40,794 bases of DNA. It comes from a phage. Location: the sequence record PZ683264.1. One strand, given 5' to 3'. Numbering within the stretch: the stretch's first letter is position 1; every line of letters starts with the position of its first letter. The notes below the pieces were generated by a model. That model was not told the origin of the DNA, made no database searches, and saw nothing but the letters and a program-made list of their open reading frames with translations. Positions 26,390-36,322 of this stretch are shown here, one piece after another. Position numbers and translations under genes: made by a program.

Positions 26390-28158
26390 AAAAGCCACAA
26401 GAAATGCAAACGATGCGTAGAAAAGTTATTTCAGATAATAAACCAACACAGGAAGCGGCTAAATCCGCTTCTAACACTTTATCTGGACTTAACGATATAT
26501 CTACGAAATTGGATGATGCTCAAGCTGCTTCTGAATTAATTGCTCAAACTGTCGAAGAAAAATCGAATGAAATAGTTGGAGCAATTGGTAACGTAGAAAA
26601 CGCAGTGAGTGATACTACTGCTGGTTCTGAGTTAATTGCTGAAACTGTCGAAATTGGCAATAATATTAATAAAGAAATCGGTGAATCACTCGGGAGCAAA
26701 TTAGATAAATTAACGAGTTTACTAGAGCAAAAAATTCAGACAGCCGGAATTCAACAAACAGGAACTAGTTTAGCCACGGTTGAAAGCGCTATTCCTGTTA
26801 AAGTCGTTGAGGATGATACTGCTGAATCTGTGGGTCCTTTATTACCGGCTCCCGAAGCAGTTAATAATGATCCTGACGCTGATTTTTTCCCTGCCCCTCA
26901 GCCAGTTGAGCCAAAGCAAGAATCACCAGAAGAAAAACAGAAAAAAGAAGCATTTAACTTAAAATTATCTCAAGCTTTAGATAAATTAACAAAGACTGTT
27001 GATTTTGGATTTAAGAAATCCATTTCAATTAGTGATAAAATATCAAGCATGTTATTTAAGTACACCATCAGTGCTGCTATTGAAGCTGCTAAAATGACTG
27101 CAATGATATTGGCTGTTGTTGTTGGAATAGACCTGTTGATGGTTCATTTTAAATACTGGTCAGATAAATTTTCAAAAGCCTGGGATTTATTTAATACTGA
27201 CTTTACTAAATTCTCTAGCGAAACCGGAACATGGGGTCCTTTATTACAGAGCATCTTTGGTTCTATTGATAAAATTAAACAACTTTGGGAAAAGGGAGAT
27301 TGGGGCGGATTGACAGCAGCTATCATAGAAGGACTCGGAAGTGTTCTTTTTAATTTAGGAGAGCTTATTCAATTAGGTATGGCTAAATTATCTGCTGCAA
27401 TTCTTCGAGTCATTCCTGGCATGAAAGACACTGCTGATGAAGTAGAAGGAAGAGCACTGGAAAATTTCCAAAATACTACAAATGCTTCTCTTAGCAAAGA
27501 AGATCAAGAAAAAGTTGCAAATTATCAGTACAAAAGAATGAATGGAGACCTTGGCCCGATAGCAAAAGGATTAGACAAAATTGCGAACTGGAAAACTCGT
27601 GCATCTAACTGGATTCGTGGTGTAGATAATAAAGAAGCACTAACAACTGATGAAGAGAGAGCAGAGGAAGAAGAAAAATTAAAGCAGCTTTCTCCAGAGG
27701 AAGCTAAAATTGCTTTAATGAAAGCTAATGAAGCTCGTGCTGCTATGAATCGTTTTGAAAAATATGCTGATTCAGCTGATATGAGTAAAGACTCAACTGT
27801 TAAATCTGTTGAATCTGCCTATGAAGACCTTAAAAAACGGATGGATGACCCGGATTTAAACAATTCACCGGCAGTTAAAAAAGAACTTGCTGCTAGATTT
27901 TCTAAAATTGATGCTACTTATCAAGAGCTCAAGAAAAATCAGCCTAATGCCAAACCTGAAACTTCTGCTAAATCGCCAGAAGCGAAACAGGTCCAGGTTA
28001 TTGAAAAGAACAAAGCACAGCAAGCTCCTGTTCAGCAAGCATCTCCTTCAATCAATAATACTAATAACGTTGTTAAGAAAAATACTGTCGTTCATAATAT
28101 GACACCCGTAACGAGCACGACTGCTCCTGGTGTATTTGATGCGACTGGAGTTAATTAA
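26386..28158 (+). CDS. 29: Tail length tape-measure / baseplate hub protein gp29
   Basis: 590 aa, Ala/Glu-rich extended regions; ATGA coupling with gene 28. Confidence 0.85.
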   Translation: MKKPQEMQTMRRKVISDNKPTQEAAKSASNTLSGLNDISTKLDDAQAASELIAQTVEEKSNEIVGAIGNVENAVSDTTAGSELIAETVEIGNNINKEIGESLGSKLDKLTSLLEQKIQTAGIQQTGTSLATVESAIPVKVVEDDTAESVGPLLPAPEAVNNDPDADFFPAPQPVEPKQESPEEKQKKEAFNLKLSQALDKLTKTVDFGFKKSISISDKISSMLFKYTISAAIEAAKMTAMILAVVVGIDLLMVHFKYWSDKFSKAWDLFNTDFTKFSSETGTWGPLLQSIFGSIDKIKQLWEKGDWGGLTAAIIEGLGSVLFNLGELIQLGMAKLSAAILRVIPGMKDTADEVEGRALENFQNTTNASLSKEDQEKVANYQYKRMNGDLGPIAKGLDKIANWKTRASNWIRGVDNKEALTTDEERAEEEEKLKQLSPEEAKIALMKANEARAAMNRFEKYADSADMSKDSTVKSVESAYEDLKKRMDDPDLNNSPAVKKELAARFSKIDATYQELKKNQPNAKPETSAKSPEAKQVQVIEKNKAQQAPVQQASPSINNTNNVVKKNTVVHNMTPVTSTTAPGVFDATGVN

Positions 28159-28166
28159 GGAATAAT

Positions 28167-29261
28167 ATGGCAATTGTTAAAGAAATAACTACTGATTTAA
28201 TTAAAAAGTCCGGTGAGAAAATTTCAGCCGGACAGAGCACTAAATCAGAAGTAGTAACTAAAACATACACTGCCCAGTTTCCAACTGGGCGTGCTAGTGG
28301 TAATGACACTACAGGGGACTTCCAGGTAACAGATCTATATAAGAATGGATTATTATTTACTGCATACAATATGTCATCTAGGGATTCTGGAAGTCTTAGA
28401 TCGATGAGATCTAACTACTCTTCTTCATCTTCGAGTATTTTAAGTACAGCTAGAAACACTATTAGTAGTACAGTATCAAAACTATCAAATGGATTAATAT
28501 CAAATAATAATTCAGGAACAATAAGTAAAGCTCCTGTCGCAAACATTCTTTTACCGAGATCTAAATCTGATGTTGACACATCATCACATAGATTTAATGA
28601 TGTTCAAGAAAGCCTTATCAGTAGAGGCGGAGGTACTGCTACTGGTGTGCTAAGTAATGTTGCTTCAACTGCAGTATTTGGGGCACTGGAAAGTATAACA
28701 CAAGGTATAATGGCTGATAATAATGAACAGATTTATACGACAGCCAGAAGTATGTATGGCGGTGCTGAGAATAGAACTAAAGTGTTTACATGGGATTTGA
28801 CGCCACGTTCAACAGAAGATTTAATGGCTATTATTAATATCTATCAATATTTTAACTATTTTTCTTATGGTGAAACGGGTAAATCTCAATATGCTGCTGA
28901 AATAAAGGGGTATTTAGATGATTGGTATCGTTCTACTTTAATTGAACCTTTATCTCCGGAAGACGCAGCTAAAAATAAAACACTATTTGAGAAAATGACA
29001 TCGAGTTTAACTAACGTTCTAGTAGTTTCAAACCCGACAATTTGGATGGTGAAAAACTTTGGTGCAACATCTAAGTTTGATGGAAAAACGGAAATATTTG
29101 GCCCATGTCAAATACAGAGCATCAGATTTGATAAAACACCTAATGGTAACTTTAACGGATTAGCTATTGCTCCAAACCTCCCTAGTACATTTACTCTTGA
29201 GATTACTATGAGAGAAATTATCACGTTAAACCGTGCTTCTTTATATGCGGGGACTTTTTAA
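28167..29261 (+). CDS. 48: Baseplate tail-tube junction protein gp48
   Basis: 364 aa; synteny. Confidence 0.85.
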   Translation: MAIVKEITTDLIKKSGEKISAGQSTKSEVVTKTYTAQFPTGRASGNDTTGDFQVTDLYKNGLLFTAYNMSSRDSGSLRSMRSNYSSSSSSILSTARNTISSTVSKLSNGLISNNNSGTISKAPVANILLPRSKSDVDTSSHRFNDVQESLISRGGGTATGVLSNVASTAVFGALESITQGIMADNNEQIYTTARSMYGGAENRTKVFTWDLTPRSTEDLMAIINIYQYFNYFSYGETGKSQYAAEIKGYLDDWYRSTLIEPLSPEDAAKNKTLFEKMTSSLTNVLVVSNPTIWMVKNFGATSKFDGKTEIFGPCQIQSIRFDKTPNGNFNGLAIAPNLPSTFTLEITMREIITLNRASLYAGTF

Positions 29262-30226
29262 TGTATTCTTTAGAGGAATTTAATAATCAAGCAATAAATG
29301 CAGATTTCCAACGTAATAATATGTTTAGCTGCGTTTTTGCGACAACTCCATCAACTAAAAGCTCTTCGTTGATAAGTTCAATTAGCAACTTTTCTTATAA
29401 TAACTTGAGCCTAAATTCAGATTGGTTAGGATTGACTCAAGGCGATATTAATCAGGGAATTACCACGCTAATTACAGCTGGCACACAAAAACTGATAAGA
29501 AAATCAGGGGTTAGTAAATATCTTATTGGTGCCATGAGTCAACGTACAGTTCAAAGTTTATTAGGCTCATTTACAGTTGGTACATATTTAATTGACTTCT
29601 TTAACATGGCATATAACTCATCTGGATTGATGATATATTCTGTAAAAATGCCAGAGAATAGATTATCCTACGAAACTGACTGGAACTATAATTCTCCTAA
29701 TATTCGTATAACTGGGAGAGAATTAGACCCTTTGGTTATTTCATTTAGGATGGATTCAGAAGCATGTAACTATCGTGCAATGCAAGACTGGGTTAACGCT
29801 GTTCAAGACCCAGTAACTGGATTACGTGCTTTACCACAAGATGTTGAAGCAGATATTCAAGTTAATCTTCATGCTCGTAATGGATTGCCTCATACTGCGG
29901 TGATGTTCACTGGATGCATTCCGGTGTCGGTGAGCGCTCCTGAGTTATCATATGATGGAGATAACCAAATAACTACATTTGATGTTACTTTTGCGTATAG
30001 AGTGATGCAGGCTGGAGCAGTTGATAGACAAGCTGCGCTTGAGTGGCTTGAATCTGCTGCTATAAATGGCATTCAAAGCGTTCTCGGAAATAGCGGAGGT
30101 GTTACTGGACTATCTAATTCGCTTTCACGACTTAGTAGATTAGGAGGAACTGCAGGAAGCATTTCAAACATTAATACTATGACAGGAATTGTCAATTCGC
30201 AAAGTAAAATATTAGGAGCAATATAA
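29261..30226 (+). CDS. 54: Baseplate tail-tube initiator gp54
   Basis: 321 aa; followed by a strong bidirectional terminator. Confidence 0.85.
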   Translation: MYSLEEFNNQAINADFQRNNMFSCVFATTPSTKSSSLISSISNFSYNNLSLNSDWLGLTQGDINQGITTLITAGTQKLIRKSGVSKYLIGAMSQRTVQSLLGSFTVGTYLIDFFNMAYNSSGLMIYSVKMPENRLSYETDWNYNSPNIRITGRELDPLVISFRMDSEACNYRAMQDWVNAVQDPVTGLRALPQDVEADIQVNLHARNGLPHTAVMFTGCIPVSVSAPELSYDGDNQITTFDVTFAYRVMQAGAVDRQAALEWLESAAINGIQSVLGNSGGVTGLSNSLSRLSRLGGTAGSISNINTMTGIVNSQSKILGAI

Positions 30227-30230
30227 CAAT

Positions 30231-30260
30231 GGGGACCTTTCGGTCCCCATATTTTTATTT
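30231..30260. terminator. Bidirectional terminator between gene 54 and the convergent minus-strand ORF
   Basis: ggggacc-tttc-ggtcccc hairpin followed by atatttttattt. Confidence 0.75.
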
Positions 30261-30545
30261 ACGGAATGAAATGAAAGCAGCAACTGAAGCAACTAAACCG
30301 TCTTCAATATAAACTTCAATTTTTACAGGAGCTTCTGACTCAAATTTACCTGTTACTACACCCTGAAAAATACTTTCAGTCTGTTCTGGCTTTGAAAAAT
30401 TTTCAGAAGGAAAAATTCCAAACTTTTTATCTGTTCCGAAAATTTTGATAAATTCATCATAAACTGCTTCATTAAAAGCGTTATCAGCAGGAATAACGCC
30501 TTCAACTACAAGTTCTTGACCTAAAAAGCGCAAAGAAGATTTCAT
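30255..30545 (-). CDS. Hypothetical protein (alt.-3 position)
   Basis: 96 aa ORF with ATG start; early-promoter-like motif (GTTTAC, ~17-18 nt, TATAGT) upstream on the minus strand. Confidence 0.6.
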   Translation of the reverse strand: MKSSLRFLGQELVVEGVIPADNAFNEAVYDEFIKIFGTDKKFGIFPSENFSKPEQTESIFQGVVTGKFESEAPVKIEVYIEDGLVASVAAFISFRK

Positions 30546-30576
30546 TTTGTGTTCCTCATGTTATGTCAGTAAGACT

Positions 30577-30606
30577 ACTATAACACAACACGAGGGACTT
30601 GTAAAC
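30577..30606 (-). promoter_or_regulatory. Early promoter-like motif upstream of the 30255..30545 ORF
   Basis: Minus strand GTTTAC, 17-18 nt, TATAGT. Confidence 0.35.
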
Positions 30607-30764
30607 TACATTTTGAACTTTTTAATACGCGTAATAGGCATGCGTCGATTTTATACTGTTTCATCGTTTGAAGAGCAGTATCAAAACAACATTAATGACA
30701 CCAATTGGATTTCCACCCAAGTTTTTAAACTTAACTAATGATAGTTTCTCATTAACACCTATCA

Positions 30765-30964
30765 TTACGATATGCATCATTTTATCGCCCGGCTTAACGT
30801 TTTATTCGTATCACCGCCAGAGGTGTATGTACAAAATCTAAATCCAGGAAGCACGCTTTCTTCGCCGGCTTGAATAGCAAAATTTGTGGTATTTTATGCT
30901 TAGGATTTAAGTTAACAACCGGCGCCGAAGCGCCGTCAAATAATTATGTAATAAGTTCCATGAT
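30765..30964 (-). pseudogene. Frameshifted remnant of the 5' end of an alt-like gene
   Basis: About 200 nt resembling the first ~200 nt of alt (32861-33057), including an identical 21-mer atatgcatcattttatcgccc and a similar start context; translation gives MELIT-stop, and fragments NLNPKHKIPQI and PGFRFCTYTSGGDTN appear in different frames. Confidence 0.6.
30919..30935 (-). terminator. GC hairpin downstream of alt, embedded in the alt-like remnant
   Basis: cggcgc-cgaa-gcgccg stem-loop about 30 nt after the alt stop on the minus strand; absent from the corresponding position of intact alt. Confidence 0.4.
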
Positions 30965-33055
30965 TTATCCTTGAACGAACTTGTAAGGCATGTTTGCAAT
31001 ATCTATGCAAGACGCAATAATTCCAAGAGATGATTCTACTTTCTGTTTAACATTTGATGAAACAAATGATGCAAAGTCAACTCTGTCTTCTATATCACCT
31101 GTCATTGTAACTACTTCACCGGTTTCCATTAAATGGTCTCCGTCATAGATTACCGATTCGGTGAGCTCTTCCGTGGTCATAACTTCAGCTTGAATGAGTT
31201 TTGTATTATTAGATGTTGTTCCGTCATTATTAGAAGCATCAGTTATTTTATTAACTTTGACCATCAATCCACGCGGTAGAATAACTTCAGCTTCTGTTGC
31301 TATTCCGAGACTTCCTGGATATACAACATTAACTTTATGAGCTCCATCAATTGCCCATCCTATTTGAACTTTAACGTATTCAGGATTTTCTTTATACGCT
31401 CTTATTTCGTTTGGATTAATAGTTATTCCTTCTTCATTTTTATCAACTGTTAATTCATTGCGAGCTTCTGGTTCTAAAAGACCAATACCAGCATGTGTGA
31501 TTCCAAAACGTCCAAAAATGATAGGAGTTAAAGAAGTAGATACAAAATTTCTGAAGTAGAACACTTTATTTTTAACTAACGCTTCGTATATAGGAGCAGT
31601 CATACTTTGAGCACGATAAACTGTGATGCCTTCCGGTATGCGGTCACCATTTTCAAAAGCTGAATCTAAGTTATTTATAGCAGATTCAATTTCTTTTTCA
31701 CTCATTACATCATATCGTTCTGGATTGTAACGACCTAAAAGAAGATTATTGATGTCAGTATATCCTGAACCGCAATATTCTCTAATGCCACGCTTTTGTG
31801 ATGGAGTATATTTAGAACCATCGCGGGCAATAGTAATATCAATCATTGGACCAGCACCAATTCCAGAAAAACTGTAAATCATTCGTTTGAGGAATTTAGT
31901 TTTTGCTGCGTTCCAGGAATTTTTAGTTATTTCTTCCCAGACTTCATCTGGTTGTCCTTTACGAGTTTTATTATGTTTATCAAGCCAATTATCTTTATAT
32001 TCTTCAAAGAGTTGATTAACAGCTGCTGTGTATTTCTCTAAACATTTTATTGAAGTAGTTGGTTCATTTTTAATTGCATTAAAAATTACTTCTTTAATTT
32101 TTTCTGAAACTTCACCGACTTGACTCATTGGAAAGAATTTATAATCATAGTGAAGTTCATCTGCCGTTCCTTCAGCAATAATTTTTGCTGCCTTTGTTTT
32201 AGAAGCTAATGAATTAATTCCAATTTTCATTTCTTCTGCTTCGGGAATTAAAGGTGCAGTAGCTGGTTTATTAAAATTAGCTGCTGTAGATTCATACTTA
32301 TGGAATAATTCACTTTCAAATCTAGAAGATTCCAATGACTGACTTTGTGCAATTGCTCTACGGGAAATTTTAACTTTAACGATTACAGCTTGGTCAGAAC
32401 GTTTATCATTTTCTTGTGCAATTGATGCTGCAATTGCCTCATTTTTAGTTACTTGGGCTCCAGTATCTTTATTGATATAAACATCACCGACCTTCGATTC
32501 AACTTTAGTAAAGAGCTCGGTACTAATTTCCGGAACTCCTGGAATGTCTTCTAGTGATACATTTTTGCGATGTATAAGAATATATGCATACTTTTTATCA
32601 TAATCCCAGAGTTCCTTAAGAAGGACGTATCTGCCACCTGAACGACTACGGATAAGTCTATCAGCAATAACTTGAATTTGTCGAGCTTGACCAGCGGTTT
32701 TAGACTTAAGAATACGAAGCATACAAGCATCAATTTTATACTGACGCATTGTTTGCATTGCAACAGTAAAAACCGAATTGATATAATTAATTGGGCTTGG
32801 ACCAAGACCTTTCAATTTAGCAATTGAACCTTTAGCGGTTAATGTAAAAGGAACAATATGCATCATTTTATCGCCCATCTTTAAATCACGATTAGTATCA
32901 CCTCCAGATGTATAGGTACATAAACGAAAGCCTGGTTGTTCAATTGCATCATCAACATGAACTGAAAAAATTTGTGGTATTTTCTTCTTTGGATTTAAGT
33001 TTGTAATCGGAAGAGTAGTATCTTCGTCAAATAATTCTGTAATTAGTTCCATCAT
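30965..33055 (-). CDS. alt: Alt ADP-ribosyltransferase (packaged, modifies host RNA polymerase)
   Basis: 696 aa; position between gene 54 and ligase gene 30; late promoter motif upstream. Confidence 0.85.
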   Translation of the reverse strand: MMELITELFDEDTTLPITNLNPKKKIPQIFSVHVDDAIEQPGFRLCTYTSGGDTNRDLKMGDKMMHIVPFTLTAKGSIAKLKGLGPSPINYINSVFTVAMQTMRQYKIDACMLRILKSKTAGQARQIQVIADRLIRSRSGGRYVLLKELWDYDKKYAYILIHRKNVSLEDIPGVPEISTELFTKVESKVGDVYINKDTGAQVTKNEAIAASIAQENDKRSDQAVIVKVKISRRAIAQSQSLESSRFESELFHKYESTAANFNKPATAPLIPEAEEMKIGINSLASKTKAAKIIAEGTADELHYDYKFFPMSQVGEVSEKIKEVIFNAIKNEPTTSIKCLEKYTAAVNQLFEEYKDNWLDKHNKTRKGQPDEVWEEITKNSWNAAKTKFLKRMIYSFSGIGAGPMIDITIARDGSKYTPSQKRGIREYCGSGYTDINNLLLGRYNPERYDVMSEKEIESAINNLDSAFENGDRIPEGITVYRAQSMTAPIYEALVKNKVFYFRNFVSTSLTPIIFGRFGITHAGIGLLEPEARNELTVDKNEEGITINPNEIRAYKENPEYVKVQIGWAIDGAHKVNVVYPGSLGIATEAEVILPRGLMVKVNKITDASNNDGTTSNNTKLIQAEVMTTEELTESVIYDGDHLMETGEVVTMTGDIEDRVDFASFVSSNVKQKVESSLGIIASCIDIANMPYKFVQG

Positions 33056-33075
33056 ATCCTCTCTAGTGTTTATTC

Positions 33076-33083
33076 TATTTATA
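33076..33083 (-). promoter_or_regulatory. Late promoter core TATAAATA (minus strand) upstream of alt
   Basis: Plus-strand tatttata about 21 nt upstream of the alt ATG; fits Alt being a packaged late protein. Confidence 0.55.
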
Positions 33084-33087
33084 AAAT

Positions 33088-33106
33088 TAAAGGCCCGAAG
33101 GCCTTT
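33088..33106 (-). terminator. Hairpin between the 62-aa ORF and alt
   Basis: aaaggcc-cgaa-ggccttt stem-loop overlapping the ORF stop, followed on the minus strand by aattttata. Confidence 0.4.
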
Positions 33107-33293
33107 AATAATCTATTGGTAAGAGAGTACGATATATTTCAAACTTTGGTCCTTTTTCATAGGCATCAAATGTTTCTGTGAATTTATTATAAGCGTATGC
33201 ATCTACAAATTCGAGAATGACTTGTGATACAGAAGTAGAAACATCTCCACCTTCTTTTTGAGCAACGACAATTGTTTCTAAGTAAGCTTTCAT
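33105..33293 (-). CDS. Hypothetical small protein
   Basis: 62 aa, ATG with GAGGT Shine-Dalgarno; ATGA overlap with the gene 30 stop. Confidence 0.55.
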   Translation of the reverse strand: MKAYLETIVVAQKEGGDVSTSVSQVILEFVDAYAYNKFTETFDAYEKGPKFEIYRTLLPIDY

Positions 33294-34753
33294 AGACCAG
33301 TTACCTCATGAAAATCACCAAATACATCCTCGAATGTATTAGCTTTAGTTTTATCTTCACGTAAACGAATCGCAATCGGAAGAAATAATTTAACGTAATC
33401 AGTGCGGCCGTCAGATTTTAACCAACCATTACATTCGCATTCTAGAATTTTTCCAATATAATAATTTTGGTTTTCCATGATGCGAGTACGGTCAAGTTCA
33501 TGCGATTTTACACCGGCTTTATCTTTTAAGCCTGAACCAGCATTTACTTTAATTTTTCCACACTCTGATTCAAGAATAAATCCACCTGCTTTAGTAGGGT
33601 CTTTACGGTGAGGATAAATTCCTACAATTTTTAAATCAACATCAATTACTTCTTTAAATTTATAGAGATTTTTTGAACGAGCATTTTCCCATAATCCATC
33701 GATATTTTTGAGAATAATACCTTCAAGACCTTGGTCAATATACTTTTTATAAATTACCTTAGCTTCATCTAGGTTATTTACTACCTGGTTTTCAATTAAA
33801 ATTACTTTATCATAGCCTGATGTCATTTGTTCTAGTTTAGAAAAACGTACATCATATTTCAAACGAAATGCAGGAAGACCGTATATTTCTACCAATGGAA
33901 CATAATCCCAGACCTGAAACTTCATGCATTGAGCTTCTTTTTCAGAAATGGTTCCCTTTAAAGATTTATTAGCGATTCCATTAGAAGTAGTACGTGATTC
34001 AGCTACTTCGGCGAATTCTTTGGCTTTACTAATTTCAGGATAAGCATCAAAAAGAAAATCTAGGCCTTCTGGCTCCTTTTTAACTTGCTCATGGTATACC
34101 AATTCGCCATCAATTAACACGCCTTCTGGATGAATCTGGCGGGCTTCAGCGGTCATTTTGATTAATTCTTCCTTAAGAAGATCTAATCCTAGATATTCAT
34201 TACCGGCTCGTGATAAAAGACGAACATCATCTAATTCATCACCTCTGACTTCGGCAAAGCACCGAGCCCCATCAGCTTTTAACTGGGCAAAGGCTGGAAA
34301 TTTGATATTCTTATTAATGCCTTTTTCATCATAAGAACTTGCCAGCATTTGAGGTTGTTCAGGAATTAAACCTGGCCAAACTTTGTTTGCAATAGATACT
34401 GAAGCACCACATTCAAGGTCTCGCATCATCACTCGACGCAAAACTTCAACATCATCTTTTTTACCATCAGTGATATATCCAGTTAATTCCTCAATTGCCG
34501 CATTTCCAGTCAATTTCCGAGTAGCTAACGTGAATTCAATGAAGTCGAGCATATCGGTAAGAGTCAACATTCCAAAACTCTGGGTAGCAATACCCGGTTT
34601 AGGCCATTTCTTGATATAATACTGTAACCCACGAGAATAAGTCAGACGATATACTCGTTTAAGCAATTCATTATCTTTATTCTTTTCAAGAATTGCTTGC
34701 TTCTGCTTAGTTGAACCAATAGATGCTATTTCGTTCAGAATTTTAAGAATCAT
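33290..34753 (-). CDS. 30: ATP-dependent DNA ligase gp30
   Basis: 487 aa; adenylation motif KADGAR (FAQLKADGARCF). Confidence 0.93.
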   Translation of the reverse strand: MILKILNEIASIGSTKQKQAILEKNKDNELLKRVYRLTYSRGLQYYIKKWPKPGIATQSFGMLTLTDMLDFIEFTLATRKLTGNAAIEELTGYITDGKKDDVEVLRRVMMRDLECGASVSIANKVWPGLIPEQPQMLASSYDEKGINKNIKFPAFAQLKADGARCFAEVRGDELDDVRLLSRAGNEYLGLDLLKEELIKMTAEARQIHPEGVLIDGELVYHEQVKKEPEGLDFLFDAYPEISKAKEFAEVAESRTTSNGIANKSLKGTISEKEAQCMKFQVWDYVPLVEIYGLPAFRLKYDVRFSKLEQMTSGYDKVILIENQVVNNLDEAKVIYKKYIDQGLEGIILKNIDGLWENARSKNLYKFKEVIDVDLKIVGIYPHRKDPTKAGGFILESECGKIKVNAGSGLKDKAGVKSHELDRTRIMENQNYYIGKILECECNGWLKSDGRTDYVKLFLPIAIRLREDKTKANTFEDVFGDFHEVTGL

Positions 34754-35019
34754 TGTTCATCCTTTAGAGTTTGGTTTACAGCTCTATTATAAATCAATTC
34801 ATCATTAAGCTCAGTCAAAGACCTGTGGTACGTGGTTCTAACTTTATTTCCTTGCATCCAGTGCTTGACGTAAATGAAACCTTGCTCTACACATTTTTTA
34901 AAAATTCGTTCGTCTTTTTGAGCTCGGAATTCTGGATTGCATCTAAAAAATTGATTTACGTGACCGTAATCACGTGTAGTATTACCTTCATTTTCATAAA
35001 TAGTATGAACAACAAACAT
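34750..35019 (-). CDS. Hypothetical protein (30.1 position)
   Basis: 89 aa ORF translationally coupled upstream of gene 30. Confidence 0.65.
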   Translation of the reverse strand: MFVVHTIYENEGNTTRDYGHVNQFFRCNPEFRAQKDERIFKKCVEQGFIYVKHWMQGNKVRTTYHRSLTELNDELIYNRAVNQTLKDEQ

Positions 35020-35867
35020 TAGAATGCTCCTTGGAAAATATTATCACCACTAGTAATTCTATTAAAATACCCTGTGTCACCAGGCTTAATATAACTCCAT
35101 GTATGGAATGGATGCATCTGATGTGAGTGCGTATAATATGGATGATATGGATTATAAGGATTAAATCCAGGAGTTCTCCAGGTAGTGTTCCAACGAAAAG
35201 AATCGTTTTTAATCATCTTTTCAATTACATCTTTTATAGCTTTTTCACTATCAAAACTTTCTTTATTTTCCTTTGGTGGAAAAAGCTTATTCTCTACATC
35301 ATTCCATGTATAAACTCGCTGAGCGGTTTTTGGAATACTGTCACGCTCCCCTCGAGCCATCCAATAAACAGGAACATTTAATATTTCACTTGCATGATCG
35401 CAGTGGTGAGCGAGATCGTCAATATAACAAATTACGTTATATTTCTCTTTTGCCTTTTTGAACAACTCTTCTTTTGAAGAATCATGACCACACATCAATA
35501 CTTCTGAGAAGGCACCAGGAAAAAGAGCATTCAAATTAAATTGACGATTCAGCAAAGCATCAATAGAATCACCCAATGCTGTAACAGCTACAAAATTATA
35601 ATCTTCTTTTAATTTATTAATTACACACAGGGCATCTTTATATGGAGACAAGTAACGAATAAAATCTGAACGATTGTATTTTTCAATTAACTTGACGCCA
35701 AGTTCTTCATCACAATTAAAGAGTTTACCAGGAGAAATAAATTTCTCATCTTGGATCATTTTTAAAATATGTTCTAACGGAAGATTATATTTCTGAGCAA
35801 AATAAGGGAGGCCTGATTGCCAGCTTAAACATACTCCATCAATATCAGTCAAAATAGTTGGCTTCAT
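35019..35867 (-). CDS. HAD-superfamily-like hydrolase/phosphatase (30.2 position)
   Basis: 282 aa; N-terminal ILTDIDGV matches HAD motif I (DxDx[T/V]); Pro/Tyr/His-rich C-terminal tail. Confidence 0.65.
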   Translation of the reverse strand: MKPTILTDIDGVCLSWQSGLPYFAQKYNLPLEHILKMIQDEKFISPGKLFNCDEELGVKLIEKYNRSDFIRYLSPYKDALCVINKLKEDYNFVAVTALGDSIDALLNRQFNLNALFPGAFSEVLMCGHDSSKEELFKKAKEKYNVICYIDDLAHHCDHASEILNVPVYWMARGERDSIPKTAQRVYTWNDVENKLFPPKENKESFDSEKAIKDVIEKMIKNDSFRWNTTWRTPGFNPYNPYHPYYTHSHQMHPFHTWSYIKPGDTGYFNRITSGDNIFQGAF

Positions 35868-36322
35868 AGAGAGTCTCTTAATAGGTTTAACACATCAATA
35901 AATTCAGCTTCGGTTAGTATTGTATCATCTTTTGTTAGACCACTAGCCATGCTGTGCTTCAAAACTTTTCCTTTCGAGGCTTGTAATGCATCACGAAAGC
36001 CCTTGTTTTGGATCGCTGCTTCAAAATATGCATTTGTGTATAATTCTTTCCACGCTGGAGAGTATCTTGAAAATGGAACTCCAAGCCAGAAGAGGGTTCC
36101 ACGGTCCTGAGCTCTTGCATAAGACCTTCCAGCTTGTTGGGCGGCAAGCCCGGATAACCCAAATATACGACGTTGTTGTTCAACGTTTTTCACCTTGCAT
36201 CCTTGGAGGAATCCTTCAAGACCTCCAAATTGAATACCATCCATAACGAAAGGCCATTGGGCGAAATTACTTAATGCACATGATGGCCACCTAAAATTGC
36301 TTCTAATCTCTAACTCAGACAT
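35864..36322 (-). CDS. NADAR/YbiA-like (DUF1768) domain protein (30.3 position)
   Basis: Track start 36328 is TTG, first ATG at 36322; LSNFAQWPFVMDGIQFGGLEGFLQGCKV closely parallels E. coli YbiA FSNFAAWPIKVDGKTWPTSEHYFQAQKF as recalled. Confidence 0.6.
   Translation of the reverse strand: MSELEIRSNFRWPSCALSNFAQWPFVMDGIQFGGLEGFLQGCKVKNVEQQRRIFGLSGLAAQQAGRSYARAQDRGTLFWLGVPFSRYSPAWKELYTNAYFEAAIQNKGFRDALQASKGKVLKHSMASGLTKDDTILTEAEFIDVLNLLRDSL

Noticed and set aside
30547-30738. 63-aa plus-strand ORF between the alt.-3-position ORF and the alt remnant
   Set aside because: Opposite strand to all neighbours, spans the predicted minus-strand early promoter, no Shine-Dalgarno; likely chance ORF.
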